Origin: Spirochaetota bacterium
Lineage (GTDB): Bacteria > Spirochaetota > UBA6919 > CBDBPB01
Direction: 5' to 3'
Length of the DNA stretch: 64,000 bases
NCBI GenBank assembly: GCA_965208615.1
Contig: CBDBPB010000004.1
Coordinates: forward strand, 448,001-512,000
Shown here: in pieces, positions 10,345 to 20,704 of the stretch
Layout of the letters: every line of letters starts with the position of its first letter
How positions within the stretch are numbered: the stretch's first letter is position 1
The notes under the pieces: model-generated
What the model saw: only the letters and a program-made list of their open reading frames with translations
Database searches by the model: none
What the model was told of the DNA's origin: nothing
Program-made: the position numbers and the translations under genes

Positions 10345-11412
10345 ATGAAACAAGAAACTTTAATAATAAGAGGATTAACCTTAAGAACTTTTTTTATCTT
10401 CTTATTAGTCATAATATTAGTAGTGGGTATTTATTATTTATGGGCTATACTCGTTCCATTTTTTGTTGCCCTGCTTATTGCCTATCTTATTGATCCATTA
10501 GTCAAGTTTTTAGAAAGTAATAATCTTATTAGACTAAGGCGTACATGGGCGGTATCTTTGGTATTTATAATTTTTATATCTATTTTTATTGTTTTGCTGG
10601 TAGTACTGCTTAAACCCTTGGCTAAGGAAGCTGGAGAGTTAATTAAAGAAGTACCAAAATATTCTAAAGTTGTAGAAAATGAATATAACTTTATTTTAGA
10701 TAAGCTAAATACCATTGGTATACCCATACAAGTCGACGAAATAAAGGGACAGTTAGTCGAGATAACCGGATCATTGTTTACAGACTTTCTTTCTTTTTTG
10801 AGAAAGTTTTTTAGTTCAGCTTTGAACAGCATTCTTTTGTACCTTATATTAGTACCACTTTTTACATTCTATTTTTTAAAGGATAAGTATAAGATATTTA
10901 ACACAATAAAAAAGTTTATCAAAGACGAAAAAGAAAAACAAATTAAAAGTACATTCGATGAGGTAAACGAAAAAATTGGGGGATATATTAAGTCAATATT
11001 TTTAACTTCTGTATTAGTGGGTTTTACAGTATCTACTACTCTTTGTTTTTTTGATAACATACCATCCCCTATTCTGCTTGGGGTATTAGCCGGTATCGCA
11101 AATATTATACCATATATAGGACCAATTATTGGTTCAGCTCCTCCTTTATTGATTGCTATGGTAAGCTACTCGAGTAATGAGGTAATTACTCTTGCAATTT
11201 TTTTTATTATCCTGAACCTGCTAGTAGGAATGGTAATACAACCTAAGATTACATCAAAGGCAGTTAATATCCATCCTATTACAGTAATTCTGTCAGTTTT
11301 GATTGGTGGTAATATATTCGGGATTACTGGAATGCTATTAGCAGTACCTTTTGCTATTATTATTAAGGTATTACTTCTCTTAGTTTTCAAAATATATATT
11401 AAAGAGGTATGA
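10345..11412 (+). CDS. AI-2E family transporter
   Basis: PFFVALLIAYLIDP, IIPYIGP, IHPITVILSV and FGITGMLLAVP motifs. Confidence 0.9.
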   Translation: MKQETLIIRGLTLRTFFIFLLVIILVVGIYYLWAILVPFFVALLIAYLIDPLVKFLESNNLIRLRRTWAVSLVFIIFISIFIVLLVVLLKPLAKEAGELIKEVPKYSKVVENEYNFILDKLNTIGIPIQVDEIKGQLVEITGSLFTDFLSFLRKFFSSALNSILLYLILVPLFTFYFLKDKYKIFNTIKKFIKDEKEKQIKSTFDEVNEKIGGYIKSIFLTSVLVGFTVSTTLCFFDNIPSPILLGVLAGIANIIPYIGPIIGSAPPLLIAMVSYSSNEVITLAIFFIILNLLVGMVIQPKITSKAVNIHPITVILSVLIGGNIFGITGMLLAVPFAIIIKVLLLLVFKIYIKEV

Positions 11413-11427
11413 CAAACCTTTTATATA

Positions 11428-12621
11428 CTATTTCAACTTCCCTAACACTTTACCAATCTTATAAAACGAATCCAAAGCCTTATCAAGCTGGCTATCTGTA
11501 TGCGTAGCCATATAACTGGTTCTAATTAACGCTTGCCCTTGTGGTACACCAGGAGGTACAACAGGATTAACAAATATACCATCATCACTTAACATTTTCC
11601 AAAAGGTAAAGCAGTCATTCATATCCCCCATAAACACGGGTATAATTGGGGTTTCACTAATACCAGTATTAAAACCCATATCCTCAAGACCTTTTTTCAT
11701 TTTATTAGTATTATACCAAAGTTTTTCAATACGCTCTGGTTCACGTCTGATTATATCAATAGCCTTAGATACTGTAGCAACAGCAGGTGGAGGCATACTA
11801 GCACTAAAAATTAAAGACCTAGAATGATGTTTTAAATAATCAATAATTAGCTCATTAGACAGTACAGCTCCTCCAAGAGAAGCAAAAGACTTAGAAAAAG
11901 TGATAACTATAATATCTATTTCTTTCTCTAATCCAAAGTGTGCAGAAGTACCTTTACCATTATCCCCTAAAACCCCTGTACCATGAGCATCATCCACCAA
12001 GAGTCTGGCATTATACTTTTTAGCAAGGGTAACAATATCAGGTAGTTTAGCAATATCCCCTTCCATACTAAAAACACCATCCACTACAATTAACTTTCCC
12101 CAATTGGGTGAGCTTTTAGAACATCTAATTAAAACCCTTTCTAAGTCCTCCATATCATTATGGTTAAACTTAATAGTCTTTCCAAAAGAAAACCTAGAGG
12201 CATCAAATATACTAGCATGATCCATCTTATCCGTAATAATAAAATCCTTAGGCCCTACAAGACATCCTATTACTCCAATATTTGTTTGATATCCGGTACC
12301 ATAAAGAAGAACACTTTCACTACCAATAAAATCGGCTAATTTTTCTTCTAGTTTTCTGTGAATATCTAAGGTACCATTTAAAAAACGTGAGCCTGCATTC
12401 CCAGTACCATATTTATTAATAGCATCAATAGCGGCCTGCTTTACCTCAGGATGATTAGTTAAGCCCATATAACTATTAGAGCCTAACATAAGCATTTTTT
12501 TCCCGTTTATATATACCTCAGTATCCTGAGCAGACTCAATCTCTCTAAAAAAGGGATATAATCCCTTTTTTCTTACCTCATTTGCCTGTGTGTAATTATA
12601 ACACTTATCAAAAATATCCAT
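11428..12621 (-). CDS. PLP-dependent alpha-oxoamine synthase, serine palmitoyltransferase-like
   Basis: GSNSYMGL, GSRFLNGTLDIH, DGVFSMEGD, DDAHG, TFSKS (PLP lysine), IFSAS, GIFVNPVVPP. Confidence 0.8.
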   Translation of the reverse strand: MDIFDKCYNYTQANEVRKKGLYPFFREIESAQDTEVYINGKKMLMLGSNSYMGLTNHPEVKQAAIDAINKYGTGNAGSRFLNGTLDIHRKLEEKLADFIGSESVLLYGTGYQTNIGVIGCLVGPKDFIITDKMDHASIFDASRFSFGKTIKFNHNDMEDLERVLIRCSKSSPNWGKLIVVDGVFSMEGDIAKLPDIVTLAKKYNARLLVDDAHGTGVLGDNGKGTSAHFGLEKEIDIIVITFSKSFASLGGAVLSNELIIDYLKHHSRSLIFSASMPPPAVATVSKAIDIIRREPERIEKLWYNTNKMKKGLEDMGFNTGISETPIIPVFMGDMNDCFTFWKMLSDDGIFVNPVVPPGVPQGQALIRTSYMATHTDSQLDKALDSFYKIGKVLGKLK

Positions 12622-12683
12622 ATATAACCTATATAATGAATTTATCTAAAAACTTATTATTTGTAAACCATATTTGTTATATT

Positions 12684-13937
12684 TTAAGTTCCCGCACTAT
12701 AATCAGTCATATACTTTATCTGATCAGGTGTTAGCTTGTCAATGGATATACCCATAGTCTGAAGCTTGTATCCACCCACTTCTTCATCAACAGTTTTATC
12801 TAAAGTATAAACCTTTTTCTTTAAACCCCTACCGTTAGTAGCCAGGTGTATAAGGCCTAAAAACTGGTTTGCAAAAGACATATCCATAACCTCAGAAGGA
12901 TGTCCTTCAGCAGCAGCCAAGTTAACTAATCTTCCTTGTGCCAAAACATATATATTTTTACCGTTTTTAAGAGTATACCTTTCGTTATTGTTCCTAACCT
13001 CAATCTTACTCTTAGAAATAGACATTAAATCATTAATATTAAGTTCACAGTCATAGTGTCCGGTATTACAAACGATGGCACCTTCTTTCATTAGTTCAAA
13101 ATGCCTTTTAACAATGACATCCTTCATTCCAGTAGTAGTAACAAAAATATCACCTAGTTTAGATGCCTCATCCATAGTCATTACCCTAAAGCCATCCAAA
13201 GTAGCCTTTAGAGCGGCAGTAGGCAAGATTTCAGTTACAATTACATTAGCACCAGCACCCTTAGCCCGCATAGCTACCCCACGGCCGCAATGCCCATATC
13301 CTACTACTACAAAGGTTTTCCCAGCAATTAATACAGAACTTGCTCTTAATATACCATCTATCGAAGATTGTCCAGTTCCATATACATTATCAAAGTCCCA
13401 CTTTGTAACAGAGTCATTCACAGCCACAATAGGATATTTTAATGCCCCATCATTTGCCATAGCTCTAAGTCTTTGCACTCCAGTAGTAGTTTCTTCTGTT
13501 CCACCATAAATATTATCTGCTAATTCAGGCTTTTCTTTGTGTATGGTAAAAACAAGGTCAGCCCCATCATCAAGAGTTAGAGTTGGCTCAATTTCTAAAG
13601 TTTTTTTTATGCACCAATAAAAATCTTCATTATTCATACCGTGCCATGCATAAATAGATACTCCCTCTATTGCAAGGGCAGCAGCTATATCATCTTGAGT
13701 AGACAAAGGATTACAACCACTCCAACTAACCTCTGCTCCAGCAGATAGTAAAGTTTTTACTAATACAGCAGTTTCTTTGGTCACGTGAATACAACCAGAT
13801 ATCCGCATACCTTTTAATGGCTTAGTCTTACTATATTTTTCTTTTAGCAGAGCCAAAACAGGCATACGGCTTTCTGCCCATTCTATCCTAAGTAATCCTT
13901 TTTCTGCTAGTTTTTCATCTTTTACTTTATAATTCAT
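12684..13937 (-). CDS. ahcY: Adenosylhomocysteinase
   Basis: CNPLSTQD, EETTTG, FDNVYGTGQS, GRLVNL, GHPSEVMDMSFANQ; start placed at ATG 13937 behind GGAGG. Confidence 0.95.
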   Translation of the reverse strand: MNYKVKDEKLAEKGLLRIEWAESRMPVLALLKEKYSKTKPLKGMRISGCIHVTKETAVLVKTLLSAGAEVSWSGCNPLSTQDDIAAALAIEGVSIYAWHGMNNEDFYWCIKKTLEIEPTLTLDDGADLVFTIHKEKPELADNIYGGTEETTTGVQRLRAMANDGALKYPIVAVNDSVTKWDFDNVYGTGQSSIDGILRASSVLIAGKTFVVVGYGHCGRGVAMRAKGAGANVIVTEILPTAALKATLDGFRVMTMDEASKLGDIFVTTTGMKDVIVKRHFELMKEGAIVCNTGHYDCELNINDLMSISKSKIEVRNNNERYTLKNGKNIYVLAQGRLVNLAAAEGHPSEVMDMSFANQFLGLIHLATNGRGLKKKVYTLDKTVDEEVGGYKLQTMGISIDKLTPDQIKYMTDYSAGT

Positions 13938-14141
13938 TAATTCCTCCAAAGATATATCACTATTAAACAAAAAATAGACTTTAAATATATAAAATTATTT
14001 ACCATTATCAATATTTTTTTTTGATATATTAAAATGATTTTATACCTAAAATTTAAATAATAAAAACTAAATAGACTTTAATAGATATAAATAAAAAAAA
14101 ATAAAGAAAAGTTTACTTAATTCAGAAAATTATTTATAAAA

Positions 14142-15107
14142 ATGAAAACACTATACTCATTATTACTTATTACATTATTATCTCTAGACGCTAGTGCATA
14201 CTATAAGATAAACAAGCTATCTATGGAAGACTCAGTGTTTAAGAACTTTAGAAAAGAGATTCTTTTTTATAATACTAGTTTTAAATATCGTCTTAAAAAA
14301 CTAATACAAAGTAGATCAAATATAAGAGCTGTAAAGTTAAAGACGGCTATTTATAAAGTAAAAATAGGGGATAACTTAATAAATATTGCAAATAGATCAT
14401 ATTTAAGTGTTGATACTATTGTATCAATTAACTATATAACAAGCCCTTATGATATTTTTGTAAATAAAAAAATATTAATCCCCAATATGGATGGTACTTT
14501 TTACCATATAGAAAAAGAAACTGATTTAGATCAGCTAAAAACAAAATATAAGTTGCCTAAGTTCATAATAGCTTCTGTTAACAACTTAAATAGAAATAAG
14601 TTATATAAAGGAGAAAAAGTGTTTATCCCTTTAAGAAAGCTATCTTTCGATGAAAGAAGATTCTTTAACTCTAAAATATTTTCTCGTCCATTAAAAGCTA
14701 GCGTTATTAATAAAAAGGGGTTTATTAAACCTGTTTTGGGTAGTATAACTTCAACTTTTGGTACTAGGGTTAATCCCTTTACCAATAAAAGAACCTTTCA
14801 TGGTGGATTGGATATAGCGGCACCAATAGGAAAAAAAGTTTATGCATCCCATAACGGAAAAGTTATTTTTTCGGGCTGGATGGGCGAATATGGACAATTA
14901 ATTATAATAAGCCATAAATATGACTATAAAACTTTTTATGGACACCTATCCAAAAGACTTGTAAGAAAAGGAATGACAGTAAAAAAAGGGGATATAATAG
15001 GCAAAGTAGGGTCAACAGGACATTCTACTGGACCTCATCTTCATTTTGAGGTTAGAAGATATAATCAAAGGAAAAATCCAATTAAGTTTACTCACAATAC
15101 TAAATAA
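14142..15107 (+). CDS. LysM + M23 family metallopeptidase
   Basis: Signal peptide, LysM-like YKVKIGDNL, HGGLDIAA, YGHLS, STGPHLHFEVR. Confidence 0.9.
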   Translation: MKTLYSLLLITLLSLDASAYYKINKLSMEDSVFKNFRKEILFYNTSFKYRLKKLIQSRSNIRAVKLKTAIYKVKIGDNLINIANRSYLSVDTIVSINYITSPYDIFVNKKILIPNMDGTFYHIEKETDLDQLKTKYKLPKFIIASVNNLNRNKLYKGEKVFIPLRKLSFDERRFFNSKIFSRPLKASVINKKGFIKPVLGSITSTFGTRVNPFTNKRTFHGGLDIAAPIGKKVYASHNGKVIFSGWMGEYGQLIIISHKYDYKTFYGHLSKRLVRKGMTVKKGDIIGKVGSTGHSTGPHLHFEVRRYNQRKNPIKFTHNTK

Positions 15108-15134
15108 TTATATTAGTATTTACGAAAAATTTAA

Positions 15135-15163
15135 TTGACAACACAATATGATTAGTATATATT
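15135..15163 (+). promoter_or_regulatory. Sigma-70-type promoter upstream of the dksA leader
   Basis: TTGACA-N17-TATATT. Confidence 0.55.
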
Positions 15164-15486
15164 TAGCCTCTATTACACTTAAGACGTTATTGTTACAATA
15201 AATTACTAAAAAAAGGGCAATTTATTAATTTAAAAGTAGTAAAATGTATAATAACTGCCCTAACTATTTGATATATAATAACATTTATAAGCTAAATAGA
15301 AAAAGATTATTTTATGAGGTGTTATATATACTAGTAACCGTTAATAAGTGTTCTAATAAATTGTAAAAAAATGCTCTAATCATATTATTCTAAAATGATT
15401 GAGTTATAATATTATTAGAAGGCATTAATAGCAATTGATTACTAATAACGTATATAATAATCTCAAATAATACTATTGGAGGAAAT

Positions 15487-15855
15487 ATGACAAAAGCAAA
15501 ATTGGAAAAGTTTAAAAAAGAGTTGCTGGATGAGAAAAAAGAGCTTTTAGAAGGACTACATAAGAATAATGAAAATATATCAAGTATAAATGCTGTAACT
15601 AAAAGTGGTGATATAGTAGATCAGGCCTATAGTTTTTATGAAAAAGAACTTCTTATAGGTTTATCTACAGGAGAAAAAGAAACTCTAAAAAACATTAATC
15701 ATGCACTAAAAAAAATAGATGACAAAACCTTTGGTATTTGCGAAGAGTGTAATAAGCCAATAGAAGAAAAAAGGTTAGAGGCTATTCCTTATGCTATTCG
15801 TTGTGTAGAGTGCAAGAAAAAGTCTACAAAAAAGCCTAAGGCAAAACTAAACTAA
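15487..15855 (+). CDS. dksA: DksA/TraR family C4 zinc-finger transcription factor
   Basis: DIVDQA (DxxDxA tip), CEEC...RLEAIPYAIRCVEC; GGAGG ribosome-binding site. Confidence 0.85.
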   Translation: MTKAKLEKFKKELLDEKKELLEGLHKNNENISSINAVTKSGDIVDQAYSFYEKELLIGLSTGEKETLKNINHALKKIDDKTFGICEECNKPIEEKRLEAIPYAIRCVECKKKSTKKPKAKLN

Positions 15856-15868
15856 AAAGTAGGCTATT

Positions 15869-16555
15869 TTGAATGACAATAATTACAAATCTGTTTTTGA
15901 GGTATTAATTCACACCAAAAATTGGATATACCAAGAACAACGGTTTAAATTAAGACAAAATAAAACTTTTTATAATAAAAGTAACGATCAGAATAAAAAG
16001 TTAGAAACTCCCTTAGCTAATCTGCAAGAACAAGTTAGAAATTGTACAAAATGTTCTTTGGCTAAAACTAGAAGACAAGTAGTTTTTGGTATAGGTAATA
16101 GTAAAAGTTCTCTTATGCTTGTTGGAGAGGCTCCTGGTCATGACGAAGATGTTAAAGGCTTACCTTTTGTTGGACAAGCCGGACAACTATTGGATAAAAT
16201 GTTAAAAGCTATAAACATAAATAGAGAAGATATATTTATCTGTAATGTAATTAAATGTCGTCCACCAAACAATAGAACTCCTTATGAAAGCGAGATTTCT
16301 TTTTGTTCTTATTATTTGGATAAGCAAATTGAGATTATAAATCCAGATATTATATTTACAATGGGAAATATTGCAACACAATATATTTTAAAGATAAAAA
16401 CTGGTATATCTAGGCTAAGAGGCAAAAGATATAATTTAGACAGCCGTATTATTTTACCTAGTTACCATCCTTCGGCACTCTTACATAATAGTGATCTAAA
16501 AAGACATGCATGGAATGATCTTAAGCTACTAAAGCTATTATTACAAAGACTGTAA
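15869..16555 (+). CDS. Uracil-DNA glycosylase family 4
   Basis: CTKCSL, VGEAPG, PFVGQAG, KCRPPNNR, YHPSALL. Confidence 0.92.
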   Translation: MNDNNYKSVFEVLIHTKNWIYQEQRFKLRQNKTFYNKSNDQNKKLETPLANLQEQVRNCTKCSLAKTRRQVVFGIGNSKSSLMLVGEAPGHDEDVKGLPFVGQAGQLLDKMLKAININREDIFICNVIKCRPPNNRTPYESEISFCSYYLDKQIEIINPDIIFTMGNIATQYILKIKTGISRLRGKRYNLDSRIILPSYHPSALLHNSDLKRHAWNDLKLLKLLLQRL

Positions 16556-16774
16556 CTTATTTTTTATTAATCGTTGTTATAACGTTTAGCTGATTGTAAT
16601 GTTAATTTATAAATTAATATTGCTTTTATATAAAATGCTTGACTTTTATATAACAGTGTATAGCTTTAGAATAGTGTTACTATAACATGATAGTTTATGA
16701 AAGTTTTGTTTTTTATACTAGAAAATAATATAATAACCTATAATTAATGCTATAATATAACAAGAGTAAATAAT

Positions 16775-17626
16775 ATGACAAAACAAGAAATTATAAAAAA
16801 AATCTACGCCGAAGTAGATAATCTCCCACCAATACCAGATGTTATTACTAAAACTAATGAACTAATAAATGATCCAAATAGTAGTATAAAAGAAATAAGC
16901 TCCGTAATTAAACAGGATCCTTCCTTAACTGCTGATATCCTAAAGCTAGCTAACTCAGCATGGTATATAACTAGGTCATCTGTGGAAACAATTGAACAAG
17001 CCACTAGTATAATAGGGCTAAAACAGCTATCTACTATAATGCTATCCATAGGAGCTAAAAAAGTTCTTAAAGAACGTTATGAATCCATGGAAGAGGTTTG
17101 GAATCATTCATATAAATGCGCATTTTTCTCTAAATACCTTATGAAAATGATCACTAGACAAGTAGACGATATTGAAAGTGCTTATTTAGCAGGATTATTG
17201 CACGATATAGGAAAAATAGTTCTGCTTTCTATAACACCTGAACTAAGTAAAAGAATAATCTTGTTAAGTGAGGCTAAAAATGTTTCTATTGTTGAAATAG
17301 AAAGACTTGCACTAGGTCTAACCCATGCAGATATTGGCGGCAAGATTACAGAAAATTGGAACTTCCCAACAAAAATGACTATTGCTATATCCTATCATCA
17401 TACACCAAAACTCTATAGAAAAACTGATTGGCAAAATCTTATGTATACTGTCTATTTTGCAAATATGCTAAGCCATGTATCCAAAATTGATAATAATGAA
17501 ATTATAACGAAAATAAACTCCAATGTCTTAGAACTATTTAAAATTGACTCCAACGAAAAAATAGAAAAAGTCTTAAATACACTAAATGAATTCTATAGTT
17601 CAGTAGGAGACACTCAAAAACTATAA
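16775..17626 (+). CDS. HDOD domain protein
   Basis: LPPIP, DPSLTADILKLANS, AGLLHDIGK, HADIG...WNFP. Confidence 0.9.
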   Translation: MTKQEIIKKIYAEVDNLPPIPDVITKTNELINDPNSSIKEISSVIKQDPSLTADILKLANSAWYITRSSVETIEQATSIIGLKQLSTIMLSIGAKKVLKERYESMEEVWNHSYKCAFFSKYLMKMITRQVDDIESAYLAGLLHDIGKIVLLSITPELSKRIILLSEAKNVSIVEIERLALGLTHADIGGKITENWNFPTKMTIAISYHHTPKLYRKTDWQNLMYTVYFANMLSHVSKIDNNEIITKINSNVLELFKIDSNEKIEKVLNTLNEFYSSVGDTQKL

Positions 17627-17637
17627 GAATAACTTAT

Positions 17638-18900
17638 CTATTGTTGCTTAGTTTTGATACTTTCTAATCCCAATGGAGGAAAATTACTGCATAATTCCTT
17701 AACTTCATTAAAAATAGAACTTAATTTATGTTCATCATCATAGTTATTAACAACATCGTTTATCCAACTGGCTATTCTTATCATCTCAGCTTCTTTCATA
17801 CCTCTAGATGTAATAGACGGAGTACCTAAACGTATACCACTAGGGTCAAAAGGCTTTCTTTTGTCAAAAGGTACAGCGTTAGCATTACAAACAAGTCCTG
17901 CACTGTCCATAGCCCTTGCTATCTTTTTACCAGTAACATCTTTACTAGTTAGGTCTATTAATATAAGATGATTATCAGTACCCCCAGTAACAAGATTAAA
18001 ACCATGATCCAGTAGTTTATGAGCCAGTACCTTTGCATTATTAACAACTTGTTTGGCATAAACCTTAAAATCATTAGTAGATGCCTCTTTTAAAGCAACA
18101 GCAATAGCCGCAGTTGTATTATTATGCGGTCCACCTTGAAGAGTAGGAAATACAGCCTTATCAATAAGTTTGGCATGATCTTGTTTACACATTACCATAC
18201 CACCTCTAGGACCTCTTAGCGTTTTATGAGTAGTTGTAGTAACAACATCAGCATGAGGAACAGGTGAATTATGCACTCCACCAACAACTAAGCCAGCAAT
18301 ATGAGCAATATCAGCGGCAAAATATGCACCAACCTCATTTGCAATATCACCAAAAACCTTAAAGTCAATCTCTCTCGGATATGCACTTGCTCCAGCCCAT
18401 ATTAACTTTGGCCTTTCTCTTTTTGCAATCTCCATAATTTTATCATAGTTTAACCTGTTACTAACCTCATCCAGAGTATAAGGAATAGACTTATACAACT
18501 TTCCAGAAAAGCTTACACTCCACCCATGAGTAAGATGACCACCATGAGGTAGGCTTAAACCCATAACTTTATCCCCAGGCTCTAAAAAAGCAAAGTATAC
18601 TGCCATGTTAGCAGGTGATCCAGAAAGAACTTGTACATTTACATGATCAACACCAAAAAGCTCCCTTGCCCTATTAATAGCAATATTCTCTATCTGATCA
18701 ATGAATTGCTGTCCCTCATAATACCTCTTATTAGGATAACCCTCTGAATACTTATTCGTTAAAATACTAGAACTAGCCTCCATAACCGACTTGGATGTAT
18801 AATTCTCAGAAGGAATAAGTCTAATTTTATCAACTTGTCTAAGCTCCTCTTGCTTTATAAGATTATATATTTCTGGATCAATATGTTTAAGGTTTTCCAA
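17638..18900 (-). CDS. glyA: Serine hydroxymethyltransferase
   Basis: LIPSENY, GGHLTHG, TTTTHKTLRGPRGG, QGGP, SGIRLGTP. Confidence 0.97.
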   Translation of the reverse strand: MENLKHIDPEIYNLIKQEELRQVDKIRLIPSENYTSKSVMEASSSILTNKYSEGYPNKRYYEGQQFIDQIENIAINRARELFGVDHVNVQVLSGSPANMAVYFAFLEPGDKVMGLSLPHGGHLTHGWSVSFSGKLYKSIPYTLDEVSNRLNYDKIMEIAKRERPKLIWAGASAYPREIDFKVFGDIANEVGAYFAADIAHIAGLVVGGVHNSPVPHADVVTTTTHKTLRGPRGGMVMCKQDHAKLIDKAVFPTLQGGPHNNTTAAIAVALKEASTNDFKVYAKQVVNNAKVLAHKLLDHGFNLVTGGTDNHLILIDLTSKDVTGKKIARAMDSAGLVCNANAVPFDKRKPFDPSGIRLGTPSITSRGMKEAEMIRIASWINDVVNNYDDEHKLSSIFNEVKELCSNFPPLGLESIKTKQQ

Positions 18901-18985
18901 TATACTCTCCCAACTAACTTGTTAGTGAAATTCCAACGTTCTTTTTTTATATAATGTTACTAGCTCTATATAATTTGCTAAGTAG

Positions 18986-19753
18986 TTACCTTCTTCTACG
19001 ACTAAAACTACTAGAACTCTTTTTACTAGACGTCTTTTTACTACCAAAGCTACTAGACTTCTTAGTACTAGACCGCTTTTTACCACCAAACCAACTTCCC
19101 TTATTAGCTGACTTCTTGCCCCATGAACTACTAGAACCTCTCTTAAACTTTTTAGAAGTACTTTTCTAAAAAGGCTTATTAAAACTATTGGCCCTAGTGA
19201 CCTGTTTTCTATAAGCCGGAGTTGAGCGATAAGAAGTCCTTGAACGCTTTATAGTACTATAACTGGATATAGGCGTACGATAAAGTGTCCTGGGTAATGT
19301 CCAATAAGTAAGTGCACCAGTAGCCGCATAATAAATAGGTAAATGATGAGAATAAGAGCCATAACCTGTTCTGGTATACGAAGATTTATTACTTTCTGTA
19401 TCAAAGTCCCTATTAAAAGAAAGCAATCTCTCACCATTATCAGTCTTAGCATTTTGGGGATTGTTATCTATATAAAGAACTACACTTTGCTTGTTCTTAC
19501 CAGTATTATTAACAGAAATAGATATAATCTCATAGCCGGTATATATCTCATTTACCTTTTTCTCAAACTCCTGAGGGCTTTTAGCGGTCTCAAACGCCTT
19601 TGATACGGCATCCACATCAAGATTAAGCTTACTAGCCCTACCATAATCATCCTCTACCAACTGACTCCCAGAATAAGATACTAATATATAAAGTGTAACC
19701 AGTAAACCAACAACTAATGAAAATACTATCTTAAATAATTTTTTACATAACAT
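18986..19753 (-). CDS. Membrane-anchored paralog of 19840..20598 with an in-frame TAG at 19166-19168 before its basic Ser/Lys tail
   Basis: Reading frame continues 59 codons past the TAG (KSTSKKFKRGSSSSWGKKSANKGSWFGGKK...SRRRR) and aligns to the paralog's tail. Confidence 0.75.
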
Positions 19754-19839
19754 ATAGCTCTCCCAATAATAATTAATTTGTTGCTAAGTCCCGGATTCTT
19801 TATTTATATAATACCTCACTTATATATAGTTTGCTATAT

Positions 19840-20598
19840 TTATCTTCTTCTACCACCAAAACTTCTTCTACCGCCAAAACCCCTACTTCTCCTACCAAAG
19901 CCACGAGACTTACCAGTACTAGAGCGTTTTCTACCACCAAACCACCCCCCTTTACCAGCTGACTTTTTCCCCCATGCACCACTAGGACCACTCTTAAATT
20001 TCTTAGGTGCATTTTTCTGAAAAGACTTATTAAAACTGTTAGTTTTTGCAACCTGTTTTTTATAAGCTGGAGTTGAACGATGAGAATTCCTTCTACTCCT
20101 TATAGTGCTATAACTGGACATAGGCGTACGATAAAACGACCTGGATAATGCCCAATATGTAAATACTCCAATAGCCGCATAATAAATAGGTGAATGATGA
20201 GAATAATAGCCATAAGGGCCATAACCTGTTCTGGTATACGAAGATTTATTACTTTCTGTATCAAAGTCCCTGTTAAAGGCAAGCAGTTTCTCACCCTTGT
20301 CAATCTTAGCATTCTGGGGATTGCTGTCTATATAAAGAACTACACTTTGTTTTTTCTCGCCAGTATTCTTAACAGCAATAGATATAATTTCATCTCCGGT
20401 ATATATTTCATTTACCTTTTTCTCAAACTCCTGAGGGCTTTTAGCGGTCTCAAACGCCTTTGATACGGCATCCACATCAAGATTAAGCTTACTAGCCCTA
20501 CCATAATCACCTTCTGCCCATTGTTTTTTTTTATCGCTCCCACAACCAAATACTAATAAAAATATAACCAATAAGCTAAATAATGTTTTATTTAACAT
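19840..20598 (-). CDS. Hypothetical lipoprotein with Tyr-rich segment and Gly/Arg-rich basic tail
   Basis: Lipobox LVFGC; core LNLDVDAVSKAFETAKSPQEFEKKVN; tail GFGGRRSFGGRRR; AGGAG ribosome-binding site. Confidence 0.85.
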   Translation of the reverse strand: MLNKTLFSLLVIFLLVFGCGSDKKKQWAEGDYGRASKLNLDVDAVSKAFETAKSPQEFEKKVNEIYTGDEIISIAVKNTGEKKQSVVLYIDSNPQNAKIDKGEKLLAFNRDFDTESNKSSYTRTGYGPYGYYSHHSPIYYAAIGVFTYWALSRSFYRTPMSSYSTIRSRRNSHRSTPAYKKQVAKTNSFNKSFQKNAPKKFKSGPSGAWGKKSAGKGGWFGGRKRSSTGKSRGFGRRSRGFGGRRSFGGRRR

Positions 20599-20704
20599 AT
20601 AATTCTCCTAATTTATAAAATTATAATGTATGGATTAAAAGGTTAATACTATACTAAAAAATAATACGAAGTAAAACGTCATTATATAACTACTTATACT
20701 AAAG

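Noticed and set aside
19166-19168. Genome-wide TAG reassignment
   Set aside because: TAG terminates conserved genes at expected positions here (rplL, rplK, ftsH), and no suppressor tRNA is in the window.
18954-20463. Antisense and alternate-frame ORFs (18954..19169, 19343..19603, 19778..20020, 19800..20051, 20194..20463)
   Set aside because: Shadows of the low-complexity paralog genes; their mutual similarity follows from the duplication.
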